Assembly: GCA_973895155.1 (NCBI GenBank)
Contig: OZ316899.1
Coordinates: forward strand, 8,621,241 to 8,685,240
Source of the DNA: Marsupella aquatica
Taxonomy: Eukaryota > Plantae > Marchantiophyta
Direction of reading: 5' to 3'
DNA length: 64,000 nt
The position numbers and the translations under genes are program-made. Shown piece by piece: positions 21,844-34,199 of the stretch. A model generated the notes under the pieces. It saw only the letters and a list, made by a program, of their open reading frames with translations. It searched no databases and was not told where the DNA came from. Position 1 is the stretch's first letter. Each line of letters opens with the position of its first letter.

Positions 21844-24800
21844 CAGCGGAGTAGGAATAGATTAGGATTAGGACTGGCTTAGTCAGGCTCTTGGGACAGG
21901 CACCTGCCTTAGGTACAGCAGCGTTGCCATGCTGTCCAGTCTGCGTAGATTAGGATCTTCTAATAAGACACAGCCGTTTTCCGGCCTGACTGTCAGCTTA
22001 GTTAGGACCTTAGTCAGCGAATCTTCGGCGAGAGGACACCCCATCCCTCGTCCCTTAGTATTTAGTGCACCCCTTGGTAGAGGCGGGGGGGGGGTTTTAG
22101 TTGCAGAGTTGGACGTCCGCGGTATGCGCGGGGAGTCCCGACCTCTGGGAATGAAAGAGTACCAAGGGGAGGGGGTAGGACTAAGCTCGCCGGGCGAGTG
22201 CGGAGCCGGGCTCCGTTGTAGTGTGCACCCTCGGCCTTGAACCTGTTCATTCCGGGGCTGTCGGGTCAACTAAGTGTACACATATGTTCCCTTTGTAGTA
22301 AAATCCTTTCCCATCATTTTCCTTCGTGTAAATCGAGATTGTATGCATGTGCGCGTGTATGTGTGTGGGTTTCTCGTATATGGGTGGCAGCGCCAGGCCG
22401 AACGCACTACCCGAGACGTGCACAGGGTGCAGCCTGCGGGTAAGTGGTTGCGAGCACGGGTTGAGGACCTGTATCATCGAATCCGGATCAAAGGCGGACA
22501 GCACGAAGGCTTAGAAGCCCTTAAGCCGGGGTCGATCCTGCTATCGACTAAGGTACGTTCCGGCGGCGGAACACAAACCATACCTAGGAGGTGTCCGTAT
22601 TTAGCAGTATGCGCACTTAGCGCTAGTTTACGAGAATAAGGTGCATTACGTGCTTCCCTTCCTGCCCGAACCCTCAGATTTACAAGGGATGTGCCCGTCT
22701 AAGCTGAAGTTTGAGTTAAGGCCGCAGCCGACGACGTGACACAGTTGAGCCGGCCAGGAGGGAGAGAGAATGATTTGTGTTGGGGAGGACTTGACTGTCC
22801 CCTACTTTAGAGGTACCAGGGACCAGAGGTCTGGTTGGAAGATTGATCAGTGCAGGAACCGGGAATTAGCTCATCTACTCCGATTCCTTGTACCTATCTT
22901 TCATCCGACCAAACCCACTAGGGCTATGGTTTACTTGACCAGCTCTATCATCATTTGATGGACCGGCAAGAGGAGGATCAATTGGGCCCTAGCTCTTTTG
23001 GAGGTGATCGCCAAGCAGGTGGCTATCCTATCTACTACCAGTGATACCTATCTGACACCCTACTTGGCGCACATTTACTTTTTGAGAGGTTGTTTGTTAC
23101 CAGTGGAGCTGAGCGATTGGAGGAGGAGAGCAAGACACTTTGAGCTCCCTCAGCCAGAGTTAGCGAGAGAGTTAACTCCACCGCTTGTGACATCTTCGAG
23201 ACCCCCTCGAGTGGAGCAGACGACAGCACCAGATTTACCAGGGATGACTTCTCCCTCTTTTGTTGCTTCCACTTCTTACACGTCATGGACTGATTTTGTT
23301 GGTGATGTTGAGCAACTAGCTAGTGTGGCTGGTTTCAACTAGCATTTGGTAGATGAGGCCACTAGACTCTTGACTTGTACCCCTTTGCAGTTACTTGATT
23401 GTATTCGTGCTTTGCTTTCTGAGTCTTGTACCGCCCCACCCCTTCATGTTTCACCCCTGCACCTTCACCATAGCCTGATCACCCTATGGATGTGGATGAG
23501 CCGGAGGTACCTATTGTTGATCCTTCACTCCCTCCTCCATCCTCACCTACACCCCCTCTACCTGATCCCATTCCTTCCCCTATTATCGATTCCCCTATCC
23601 CTCCTACATTTACACCTGAGCATGCTCCATCTCCTACCCCTGAGCCTTTACCCTCTTCACCAGTACCCCCTCCAGATCCATTTTCCTCCATTGAGGATAC
23701 CACCCTATCACCCCTTGATGATTCATTTCCCTCTCCTACCAGGGAAGGAAATGAACCCATCCCTGAGCCTATTCCCAAGACTGAGCCTGAGCCTGAGACT
23801 GTAGAGCCTTCCAGTGTACCATTTATAGCTCCTACTCCTCTTATGTCTCAGCCTCCTATTGTCTCTTTTGTTGCCGACATTGAGCCTCTTTTTGTCTTTC
23901 CTACCCAGTTCGATAGGATGATTACGTCACTCATTGACGCACGCACTCCTCTTGCACCTCCTTTACCTCCACTTATGTTTGGTCGTGAGTCTTTCCCTTT
24001 TCCACACACCTACAACATGGTTCTGATTTCTTGTGGTATTCTATGGCTACTTATTGACAAGCTGAGACTACCCACGATTGAGACTCCTGACCTTTGGAGT
24101 TGGGTTTATCACTGTAGAAAGGTCATTGCACCTTTCCCTCTTCTAGCTCCAGACATTCCATGGCCATCAGATTACTTTGTTTGGATCGGACCGGATGGAC
24201 ATCCTATCCGGAAGACCAATGAGCCCCGTTCGATTCGTTATTGTGAGGACCTTTTCCGTCGACAGTATTTGAAGGGATAGAGGACCAAAGGGAAGATAGC
24301 CCTTGGTTATGTAGCTCGCCTCCCTCTACTTGTAGTCGACCCTCCTCCTATTATAGTATGAGATTAGTACTTTATTTTGTAGACTTTTACTTAGCTTTGA
24401 CTATTTGACTATCCCTTAGTCAAAGTTGACTTGTATTTTTACTTAGTTTAGAATTAGGAAATGAAGAGGCATGTCTATTCATTCTCCTTAGCCCGTGGAC
24501 AATCTCATGTACTTATTGTGATACCAGTCTCATTTTGAGACAGTGTGGATAGTTATTTGCATCTCTTCATCTTGGAGTTTTGTCCCTTGTACGTGTAATG
24601 CATTTTGCAATGAATATTTGTATGCCTTGGAATTTTATTACTTGTGCTAGGAGTCTACCCCTCCTTCGCATGGTAATGCATGTTGCAATTACCGTAAGAA
24701 GTAAAACCCATAAAAATATAGTTTGTGGAATGTATTAGAAGATCCGTTGGTCGGTGCCTAATCCAAACTACAACATTTGTTGTCCATTTCTATATTTATA

Positions 24801-25415
24801 TAAAGGACTTATCTTTGGAAGATAAGTATTGCATGTAATCAAGAAAGAGAAATCTATATGTTCAGAAGTAGCGATATTCTTAATTCACGGATTTGAAGTA
24901 CCATTGTGGTATACTGAATGTGCATTAGTTTTCCTTTGGAATTGTGCACGCTGAAAAAGGAAACATGTTGCCGGCATTTTAATGACACACTACTACACAC
25001 ACAATCCAAAATTTATCTTGGGTTTTGTGAGCATAGACACTTCTTAAACATAGATTTATGATAGAAACCTAGAGAGTAGTTATAGCAAGGTTATGTTTGA
25101 CTTATCAACGTCTCAAATAATGCCATAGCTCTTTCTTAAGACATGGTGACGGAGTTAAATATTGCTAAACTATACCTCTAAAAGCTTTAAGATTCTATTA
25201 TTCAGCAAATATCACTTTTGTTCCTATTTTGCTAATTTTCTGTGTTTTGTTTAAGATTATATTTTTCTTATAGATGTTGAGTACCATCTCTAAACCACTC
25301 AAAACACTTTAAAGCATCTTTTCATCCCATTCTTGTTCTTCCAAGGGAACAAACACCGAGTTTTTAGCATATATTTGATGATATTTGTTTTTGTTAGCAT
25401 ACGACATACAATTTT

Positions 25416-25433
25416 TGGCGCCGCTGCCGGGGA
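25416..25433 (+). promoter_or_regulatory. Primer-binding site of Gypsy element W
   Basis: TGGCGCCGCTGCCGGGGA, tRNA-Asp-type PBS typical of Athila-like elements. Confidence 0.8.
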
Positions 25434-27380
25434 TCAGATCAAGGATGATTTGACAAGCTGGCTGTGAATGCCAAACTATCAATTCTTGGAATTCAAGGAG
25501 GTTGAAGGAAGAGGGAGTTGGATATGGTGAATTAGGGTTGCAAACCTATTTCATGGTGTTTGATTCTTTTAGAATTGGATCTTGTTGAATTTGAAGAAAG
25601 AAGGGAGAGACATTGGAGATCAAAAACATGCCAAGGAGAAATCAACCTCAGAAAAGGGAGCAAGCCCAAATCAAGTCACGAGAAAATCAACGTCACAATA
25701 TTATCACCACCACTACGCATTCTAGGGCGACAATCGTGAAAAATCAAGGAAGAAGTGCAAGTGGAGGAAGTTACTTTTGGGGTGGCAAATTGATTAAAGT
25801 TGATTCATGGGATACAAATGTTTTCCTTGATTGTTTATTGATTTTCAGGCGAGTCTCAGACGGAAGATTTTAATTGGTGGAAGCCATGCAAGACGAGGAA
25901 TTTGATAAGGAATTGATTCCTATATTGTTAAAGGACCACCATATTGAGGAGGAAATCTTAGAATTAGAGATTGAGAAGGAATTGAAGGACGCTTTGGCAA
26001 TCTTGAAGGGAGATCTTTTGTGGAGACACAAGCTTGATAATGTGCTGAAGGACTTCTATGGAAACTCAAATGTACTTCTACAAGAGGAAAAGCCTGTTAT
26101 GACTTTGAGTAGAAAAGTGTTAATTACAACCTTGGACCACTACGCTAGGAATGGGAGGATCTTGATTAAGTGGAAGGAGTTGAGTTCGGGAAAAGCATGT
26201 TTCAAATGGGTTTTCGATTTGCCAGAGATATGTGACAAGACGGACATATTAGTGTTGAAGAGATTGCGGATTGAGGATGGTGAATACAAGCTATTACCTA
26301 TTGAGGAGGAAAATGATTTAGAATTTGTTCTAAGAAAGAATGCGCATCATAGTTTTTTGGGCGACTGATGCAGGGTAGTTAAGAATCAAGGAAATTTTGG
26401 CCATATTGCACGGACTTGGAGATTCGTGGATAGATGCACTTGATGTGCTAAACAATCTTTTGAATGGGTATCAGACCTCAACAGTTAACAAAGAATTGAA
26501 CAATGGATTCTTTCAAATAGAGTTCTAACTTGGTAGATAAGATGTTGAGATCTCAACCAAGATCACTAGGCACCTTTAGAATACAGAATATGAGGAATAC
26601 CTATTTGAGAACAAGAGTACTTAGCCTAAGACGAAGAAGAGGAAATAATTGGTTATCCATTCCTTGGTGGCAAGGAGACCAACTTCATTTAGTGATTTTG
26701 AGATTAAATGGACGAGTTACAAGAGAAAGATATGTTGTCATTTCCATTTCAGATTTAACCCATGCTCTCATCCAGGACCAGAGAGGAAGAAGATGAAGGA
26801 GTGCTTGATGATTGCCATATGATGAACCATTGATTGGCTTGTGAAGGAAACTTCTTACTCCAATTTTTTATTTGAATTCTAACAAAAGATTTGGATTCCT
26901 TGGAATATGGCATGTTAAATTGATATAAATTTGAGCCAAAACTGATAAGGGAATTGGGAGATATGACCAATTTAGTTTCAGAAAAATTTTCTGGACGTCC
27001 CGGACGGCCTGTGTGTGAGGACGTCCAGGACATCACCGAATTCTATAGGGACGTCAAGCCGGCTGAGAAAAGATGTCAGAACGCCCTGACATCCCTGACG
27101 TCCCTTAGTCCAAGCCGTCCAAGATGTCACCTTGGACAAACCATAACTTTCGCACCTCTTGGCCAAAAATTAAAATTTTTAGGGCGTTAGAAAGGTATTG
27201 CAGAGCACTATCAGGTTTCGTGGACTCCAAACAAAAACTGAACCATCACAACTTTTCAATTTTGGGAAGCCCTTAAGGTATTAAGGAGAAGGGGAGATCA
27301 AAGTTTCCCACTTCTAAGAGGGCAATTACAGATTTTGAATTTTCAGAATTAGATCCTTCTTGTTGCATTGAAATTGAGGT

Positions 27381-28060
27381 ATGAGTAAGAGGGGAAAATC
27401 AATTGAACTCAAGGAACTTGAGGAGGCAATTGTACTTTTTGAAAGTCAAGCATTGGAACCTACTCGATTACAACCATATTTTGAAGCAAACGATAGTCCA
27501 CCTATCGGAATTATGGCACACAGGTTAAGCACATTGAATGCAATAGGAAGTGGGACTATTGATCACCCCACGAGTAGTTGTCCTACCTATATCAATTTGC
27601 GATCGGGACCAAAATTAGTGGTACCGCGACAAACCAAGAGAGGATATCGAGTTTGTGCTCCTATTCCACTGGATAGCAGACCAGGGGAAGAAATTGAAGA
27701 GGAACCCGTGTTAAAAATTCTAAACAAGATGGTGTCAGCACATAAAGTAGATTGGGATATAAAGCTATCTTCCGCATTATGGGCATACCGAACAGCCGAG
27801 AAAATCACGACCACTAAAACACCATTCTATCTCACTTATGGATTGGACGCCTTAATTCCCATTGAGATGGAGTTGTTAACCAAGAGGACAATCATTTCTG
27901 ACCGCATGGAGGAGCAACCTAGTTTGCAATGCAGATCAACTCAATTGGAAACCTTGGAAGAAGATAGGCTATTGGCCTTGCAACACACCTTACTCCAACA
28001 AATGAAAAGGAAGAAGGCTTATGACAAAAATTTTAAGCCTAACAAGTTGAAGGATGGAGA
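27381..28060 (+). pseudogene. Gag-like start fused by deletion to a Gypsy integrase C-terminus
   Basis: KILNKMV..HKVDWDIKLSSALWAYRTAEK..T.KTPFYLTYG.DALIPIE...KKAYDK....LKDGDL. Confidence 0.85.
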
Positions 28061-29060
28061 TCTAGAACCGCACTATACCCTCTACTTGAAGAGGGGAATA
28101 CCTCCATCGTCTTCCTTCCAGAGCATACGAACAATCGTACAATGAAATTATGAAACTCTAATCCTTCTCAAACGTGTATTATATTCTAGAAGTGGGGGTA
28201 GTTCAGCGGATCTCTTTGGTTAAAGAGGCAAGATAGTATGTTTGGCGGATCCCAATGTCTATAATTGGATGACTGAATTATCTAAATCAAGCGGATGAAG
28301 ACGCCTAATCAACACATAACCCAGAAGTTATCGTTAAATATTACCGTTAATACCCCTTCTCCACATTCGCGGGGTATACTAGCACCGGGCGCTATTAAAA
28401 AGATGGTCCTTAAAGAGATAATTGGAAGAGTACTGATGATAGTGCTTGACGCTAGTAATAAGAAAGACACAAAAATATGTCTGAATGTGGTTGCAGTAGA
28501 TGAATTATCCTCTTAACACCCCATATTTTAAATTATTTCCGTTGTTGTAACTATTTTCTGAAAAACTTTCTTTCTCCCAGTACTAGCGCCAGGCGCTGGT
28601 AAAAACATGCAGCGTTATTTCCTAAATCTGGTATGTTTTCCAATAATGGAGTGCCTTGAAACTCATATATCCCATATAATTTCTCAATTATTTTGTCTGC
28701 GGAGAGTGTTAAATCTTATACTAGCGCCTGGCGCTAGTATGGGATATCAATATCTAGGATTCTTTAGTTTGTCGTAATTTAGTTAGCGCCAGGCGCTACT
28801 CAAATTGTGCCCAATATGTATTGCCTTATGGTGAATTGGATCTTTTTCAATGGACCTTTCCGACAATGTATGAGGGTCTGACATCCGGACTTGTAGGGAA
28901 AAAATGACAAAAAAACATATATGGCTCCAATGGATTCCATGTCGCCTACGTTTCCTGTCTTATACAAACGGCTCTTTTAACATAAAGTTCCCAGGGGCAA
29001 TTGGTATAAGCTCCACATTCTCGCAAAATTTTCTTTCTCAAAAACTTTCAGCCCCCATAT

Positions 29061-31063
29061 TTGTCTTTGATTGTAGTGTCTCGGTCTATCGTTCTATCCC
29101 GCTTTGGGATAGGGGATATTGTCCCCATCCCCGTCCCTTTGGCAGACACGTACAAGCAAGTCCGGGAGAGATACCTTTGCAGGAGATTTGATTTGAACAT
29201 GAATGAAATTGAGTCCTTTGTTCGAGAGGTTGAATCCAATTGACAATATCGAAGATGTTGCAATGTTCAATGTTGATGATGGTGAACAATTTTGGCATCT
29301 TAACGCTGGGATTTTGTACTCACTCGGGTTAGACCACCTGAAGGACTGTCAGGTGTCCGCCAGGTTCCATTTGATGTTGTGTAGATTTCTTCTAGTGAAG
29401 ATGGAGATCACACTCCAAGTCCTTTGTTGAAGTTGAAAGTCGCGCAACATGTTTTTGTTAAAGGTGAGACACCGGGGAGCTATAACCAGTTGGAGGTCGT
29501 GTATCGGTGGAGTGCAATGGACACATTGCTCAAATCCACTAGTCATAGCGAGTTGTCGAGGTTCATATCAGCGGGTGATTTCAGACACAAGCAAGTTTCT
29601 TGTTTGCCAAACAAGTACAACGGGAACGTTGTGTTTGAATTGCCACCCATTGACGAGATGCTCTCAAAAGGGTCTAGGATTAGGGACATGGACCGTGCCA
29701 AAGATTTCTACATTTGGACACGCATATTTCCAACCATCGCAAATGTGCAACCAAAAAAACATTGGCAATTTGGTAAGGTTACCTGTACAGGGTTTATCGA
29801 ATGTCGGAACAAGTCCTGCGAGTACTTCCAAAGGAAGAAGGCAAACGCTAAAGCATGGCAGGGTACTCCAAATCTTAGTGGTCAATATGCTATGGGTTCT
29901 TTTATCGAAGAGGGAGGTGTTGTATGTCATTATTGTCAAGCGATTCCATTTTGTGTCAAGTACTGCCCTGCTCGCTTGTTTTATATGTACCCGCAAGTAT
30001 TACTTGATGCGGAAACATGTAGTCATATGTCCCGCCTAGCAATTCACATAGGTGAGCATAACCATCCGAGTAGAAAAACCTTCTCAAGGAGTGCAAAGAA
30101 GATGGCTGAGGATTTGATTAAAAAAAATTCATGAAGCCAATCCTCTTGCAAAACCAACAGGGATCTTGAATTCTGCTATAGGGTCAATAGTGAAAGCTCT
30201 CTACAAACATGTTGACGACATGGTTGATATCAAAGAAACTGAAATTTGGAAGTCTTTGATGGTACTTTCCACTCCCCATAAGTTTGCATCGCTTTGTTGG
30301 AGCGTGAGGATAGACCAAAAGGGTCGGGGTGAGTTAGATTTTCTCTCGCAAATGCAAAAGAGGATCAACCTTTTGTTTCTCCAAAGGTATTTTCTCTTGA
30401 GACATGGTTGTCAAGACGATAGGCCTCACATCTTCAAAATGACCGTGAAGGGTCATGGTTCCAATTTAGATCTTTTGCGGCAGATGCAACTGGGTGGAAG
30501 ACTCGAAGGAGCCTGGGTGAGTTTTGATGTCATGCGTCGTGTGACAACCAATTGGTTTACTTTTAGCGCGCACGTCTGCGACCATAAATTCCGTGCTCTT
30601 TGTACAATTTTCACATGCGAGTTGAAAGGTGAAGACACCGAGTCTTTTGAAAAGGCTTGGAGAGTTATGATAGAGGTTTGCAAGGAAAATGGATTACAGG
30701 ATGTTGTCATCTAAGGGTTTATGGTGGACAATGCACAAGCGGGATGGAGTGCTGTGTACAATGTTTTTTTTTATGGACACCCAACCCCGGAGCGGAGCGG
30801 GAGTGCTCTGATGCATTTCACTTTTATCAATCTTTTATTGACATTCCAAGGAAGGAGTATTGGAAGAATGTCAACTGGAACATTGGAGGTTGTGGGAGAA
30901 ACTAAGAAACGCTCCAATGTTTGTGGTGGCGTATTGGGTGTCCTGAGAGATTGTGGTGTGGTGGCAATCAGGAAATTGTGTACCAGGAAAGCTCTTGATG
31001 CTACAAAGCTAGATATCCTAGTGGGTTGTTCACTGGCGCCAGTGGGGGAATTTTATTCGAGTG
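29061..31063 (+). pseudogene. Mutator-like transposase (GCM-like Zn domain + DDE), frameshifted and truncated at an intron
   Basis: Homologous to 57003-58853; GKVTCTGFIECRNKSC...CHYC...IGEHNHP; WVSFDVMRR; FMVDNAQAGW. Confidence 0.85.
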
Positions 31064-32281
31064 GTATGATATATATCTCCTCTTTTGTCTATCATTGTAC
31101 ATCAACTTTAGACTAGCGCTAGGCGCTGGTTTTTTTTTATACTGAATACATTTTTATTGCGAGTTTGCACGATTTATAGTGGTCCTCGAACCCAACAGGA
31201 GGGACGACCTATCAGCAACAGATTAATCAATAATTCATACACATAGAGTGATATTGCGTACACAATTTCAAGTCACAACACTTTTTAAAGGTCTTGACTA
31301 GACATGATACAGTTGGTGATGGTATGGTACAATTGAACTAACATGGCTAAGGTACATTCTAGTCTTAGCCTCTAAAGTTAGCAGAAAGGAGAAGATTGGT
31401 GTGTTGGATCTAACGCTAGAATCAAGGAGGTTTTTCCCCGTGAGAGGAAACAGAAAACAGTAACAATCATAACATGAAAAAGAGAGGAACAAAACAGGAG
31501 ATTTGGTACTAGCATACACAAAAGATGACATAATTACGGACAAAAAAGGAGACCAATTTCAATAGGAACTCCAATATGTTTAGAGCTCTATACAGCAATT
31601 ATGGAAAGACAAGTTTTACTAGCGCCAAGCGCTAACCAAGAGTTTTTTGCCGTTCAAAACAACATTAACAAAATGTCCGTTCAACGTATCGTCGAATGAT
31701 CCAAATTCCTATAAACCATGCAGATTCTCCCTTCCTACGATGAACTGGAGTTCTTCGACATTCAAAATTGGCTGGCTCAGTAAGACCAAATCCATCGGAT
31801 CAAGCTTAAAGATCATTTTGTCAGAGGGTTTTCCAACTGACACGAACCAGATTCCAGTAACAGGAAACAACCAATTTAACCAATAAAAGAGCCACTAATA
31901 GTATTTGCAGCATATTTGGAGGACACTAGAAAAAAGAGAGTTGAAAGACACAATTTTACAGAGGCGGGTTTACATAATTGTGGAGGAGAATAGAACATAT
32001 ATTAGTAGCGCCAGGCGCTAGCGACACACGCTACTTGAAAAAGAAATTACATTGATATCCAAAAGGTAATAAAAGTCCATAACATTTGAGAAAAAGAAAT
32101 AACCCTAATAACATACTCAAAAAACCTAATGCGATAATAAAACGGAAGGAGCAATAAAGCTAACTCGGCCGAACCGGAACCCCCGTTAAAAAAGATGACA
32201 TGAATCAAACTCATGAACGACTCCAACGATGACATGAAAGCTAGCGCCAGGCGCTAGTGTCAAAGAAGAAATCCACACTCT

Positions 32282-32752
32282 CTAGGATGTAGAAGACATG
32301 CAGTCGTCATCCAATCCAGCTTTGAACCTATCCTCATCCTGTCGAAACCCATCCTCTCGATCCAGAAAAAAATGAGGTCCGGGATAGCGACTCTGACTCC
32401 GGTCGTTCGGGATGTTCGAATCTGAAAAGCTCACACGTCCGGTGTCTGCTTGGATGTCTCTGAAAAAAGCTGTCCTTTCCACCCGATACACATTGGAAGG
32501 ATCCGGGTCGTGAACAGAGAACCTCTCTCGGAAAGGAAGTGGAGGCGAAGGATCACGCGATGGAAGGTGTCTAGTTCTGTGGCTAATACCCTCATCTGGG
32601 GCCAGCCACAACCTGTTCCTCTCGGTCGACGTCTCTAGGCACTGCATAAAAGATGGAGTCAAATCTAAACCCGGATCTCTAATTGACCTCCAAACCATCG
32701 CCTTTGGCGGATTGCGGCTCTCCAATTTCGCTATTTGCTTCCCCTTATCCAT
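32282..32752 (-). CDS. Unknown accessory ORF in Mutator-like arm (MDKGKQIAK...)
   Basis: Open frame of about 155 codons flanked by family palindromes; no recognised motif. Confidence 0.4.
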   Translation of the reverse strand: MDKGKQIAKLESRNPPKAMVWRSIRDPGLDLTPSFMQCLETSTERNRLWLAPDEGISHRTRHLPSRDPSPPLPFRERFSVHDPDPSNVYRVERTAFFRDIQADTGRVSFSDSNIPNDRSQSRYPGPHFFLDREDGFRQDEDRFKAGLDDDCMSSTS

Positions 32753-33213
32753 TGAGTCGATGGAAACAACGGATGCAAAACTGAGGGAAAAGAGAAGAGG
32801 TGAGTCTGGGCAGACCAGAATTGAAATGAAGGGAAGAGGTGAGTCTGGGCAGTGCACAAACAAAATGAAGGGAAGAGGTGAGTCGGCGCCTCACAGAAAT
32901 GAAAGGGAGAAATGCATTTAGGGTTGAACAAACACAAAGTTGAACAAACCCAAAGTTGAACAAACACTACACTTTGAGAGAGTCCAAACGATCATATCAA
33001 CCACAAACAAAAATACGTACAGATAGAAGGTATAATTATTCACCGTACAACTGTACGAGTACATGCATTTCTGATATCTGCACAAATATGCACTCAGGAA
33101 AGAGACTTCGGGTGCGTCTATCTCTTTTAAAGGCTCAAATCCAAACATCCAGTTTAATAGCGTCGGGCGCTAGTACAAGGTTCCAAAGAAAACCTTAGAA
33201 ATTCACACTCAAC

Positions 33214-34180
33214 CTACTCCAAGTTAGAAGACTTAGACTCGCTACTGCCAGACCTATCGGTAGACTCGGCTTCATCATCTATAAATTTGCTTCTAGGTCC
33301 ATCGTTGAGTAAAGGCTGATGGATGAATTTCCTATCTGAACCTCTCCTTAACCTTAAGCCCTTACTCTCCCAAGTAAGTGTTCTCCTCTGTTCTTCTTTG
33401 CGTGCAGCATATTCTACATACGAGGGCAACACGAAAGGCTTCTGAGGAGAAATGAAGACTTTTCTCGAGTATTTCCTCTCAAGATTAAAACGTTCTTGAA
33501 GATTCCAATCCGATCTGGAAGAGGAACGGAACCACATTACAATTGAAAATGAAAATGGGACAGTTCCAGAATCGATAATGTAAAGTGAAGTAGCTTACGG
33601 GCATTACTCAAAAGAATCTGAATCTTTTGTTTCTTCCGTCGTATGCCTCTCCTCGTTTCCTTCATTTTCCTCTCCTTGTCCTCCTGAAGCATCATCTCCA
33701 ACAACATCTCCCTCCTCTTCATCTTTAGAGGCAAAATTTAAGACAGAGCAAACTTTGTCTTTTTGTTTTCTTCCCACATCTTTAGCGGGAGATGAGGAAC
33801 TAACATCTTTTGGAATCAATAACTCCATCCATGTCTTTTCCGCAATCTCAACAAACTCTTTTTGGTTTTCTATACCAAGAATAGAACAACCACAATAGTC
33901 ACCAGCAACAAATGTACTTCCCGAACCCACAGTCCAGTCCATGACAATGTCACCCGGCCGAGTGATTAACTCTAACACAGATTGCATGAACCCAACGGAC
34001 AAGCGTCCATTGCCAACAAACGCTGCTGAAGGAGTTGGATCCTTCCTCACACTCGGGAGACCAATAAGGTTAGTGATAGAAGGATCTTCAGTTGCAGAGA
34101 GGGGTCAAAACTTGGGGTCCTTTGGAACCTTAACCTTTGACGAAACACGACTGAACAGATCCAATCTCAATGTGAAAACC
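33214..34180 (-). pseudogene. Beta-class amino-methyltransferase-like gene copy 2 (SAM-binding exon and last exon)
   Basis: After a CAG acceptor: VFTLRLDLF...GRLSVGFMQSVLELITRPGDIVMDWTVGSGSTFVAGDYCGCSILGIENQKEFVEIA; last exon KPFVLPSY...WESKGLRLRRGSDRKFI matches copy 1 (KPFVLPSY...WENKGLQLQRGVDRKFI); one in-frame TGA. Confidence 0.82.
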
Positions 34181-34199
34181 TGTGAAATCCCACTAGTAG

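Larger units (their letters stand above)
18737..22741 (+). mobile_element. 4.0-kb solo LTR (family X) with 5-bp TSD
   Basis: TGTGACA...GTGACA ends; CAGTT at 18732-18736 and 22742-22746; TATAAAA at ~19094; second copy at 61562-64000 (-). Confidence 0.9.
18483..24280 (+). pseudogene. LTR-embedded ORF of element W (18483-18736 + 22747-24280), Pro-rich C-terminal half
   Basis: Reads ...EVYQ|LSRPG... once the solo LTR is removed; LLFLPWD..IIADF and YLTPYLAHIY parallel LASLPWN..MTEF and YFASHIEII of the X ORF. Confidence 0.55.
17624..25410 (+). mobile_element. Long 5' LTR of Gypsy element W (~3.8 kb net of the nested solo LTR), containing an ORF
   Basis: Begins TGTAATT where the ParB exon breaks off; ends ...CATACA immediately before a PBS. 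Left boundary less certain. Confidence 0.65.
25411..28060 (+). mobile_element. Deleted internal region of Gypsy element W
   Basis: PBS, degenerate ORFs 25874-26800, GGACGTCC repeats at ~26990-27120 shared with 17830-18120; no 3' LTR seen. Confidence 0.7.
10565..31150. mobile_element. Mutator-like element copy 1: terminus, ParB-MTase gene (-), nested insertions, transposase (+, truncated)
   Basis: Terminus GGGGAATTTACAAACGACAAC at 10565; the family palindrome occurs at 10985-14455, 17331 and 28380-31128; 28560-31063 is homologous to the reverse complement of 59500-56860. Joining the two halves across 17624-28060 is inferred. Confidence 0.65.
31150..34190 (-). mobile_element. Arm of Mutator-like copy 2 with 3' part of the MTase gene
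   Basis: Palindromes at 31620, 32006, 32242 and 33158; MTase exons homologous to 13500-12230. Confidence 0.75.

Noticed and set aside
20426-22640. Many overlapping antisense and alternative-frame ORFs, also seen at 61664-63868
   Set aside because: GC-rich shadow frames; sharing between copies reflects recent duplication, not selection
18737-22743. Recombinase or Replitron insertion with a GTGACAC core
   Set aside because: Better explained by TG..CA ends plus a perfect CAGTT TSD
28062-28330. Possible 5' exon of the ParB-MTase gene
   Set aside because: Position fits, but all minus frames have stops and no motif was recognisable
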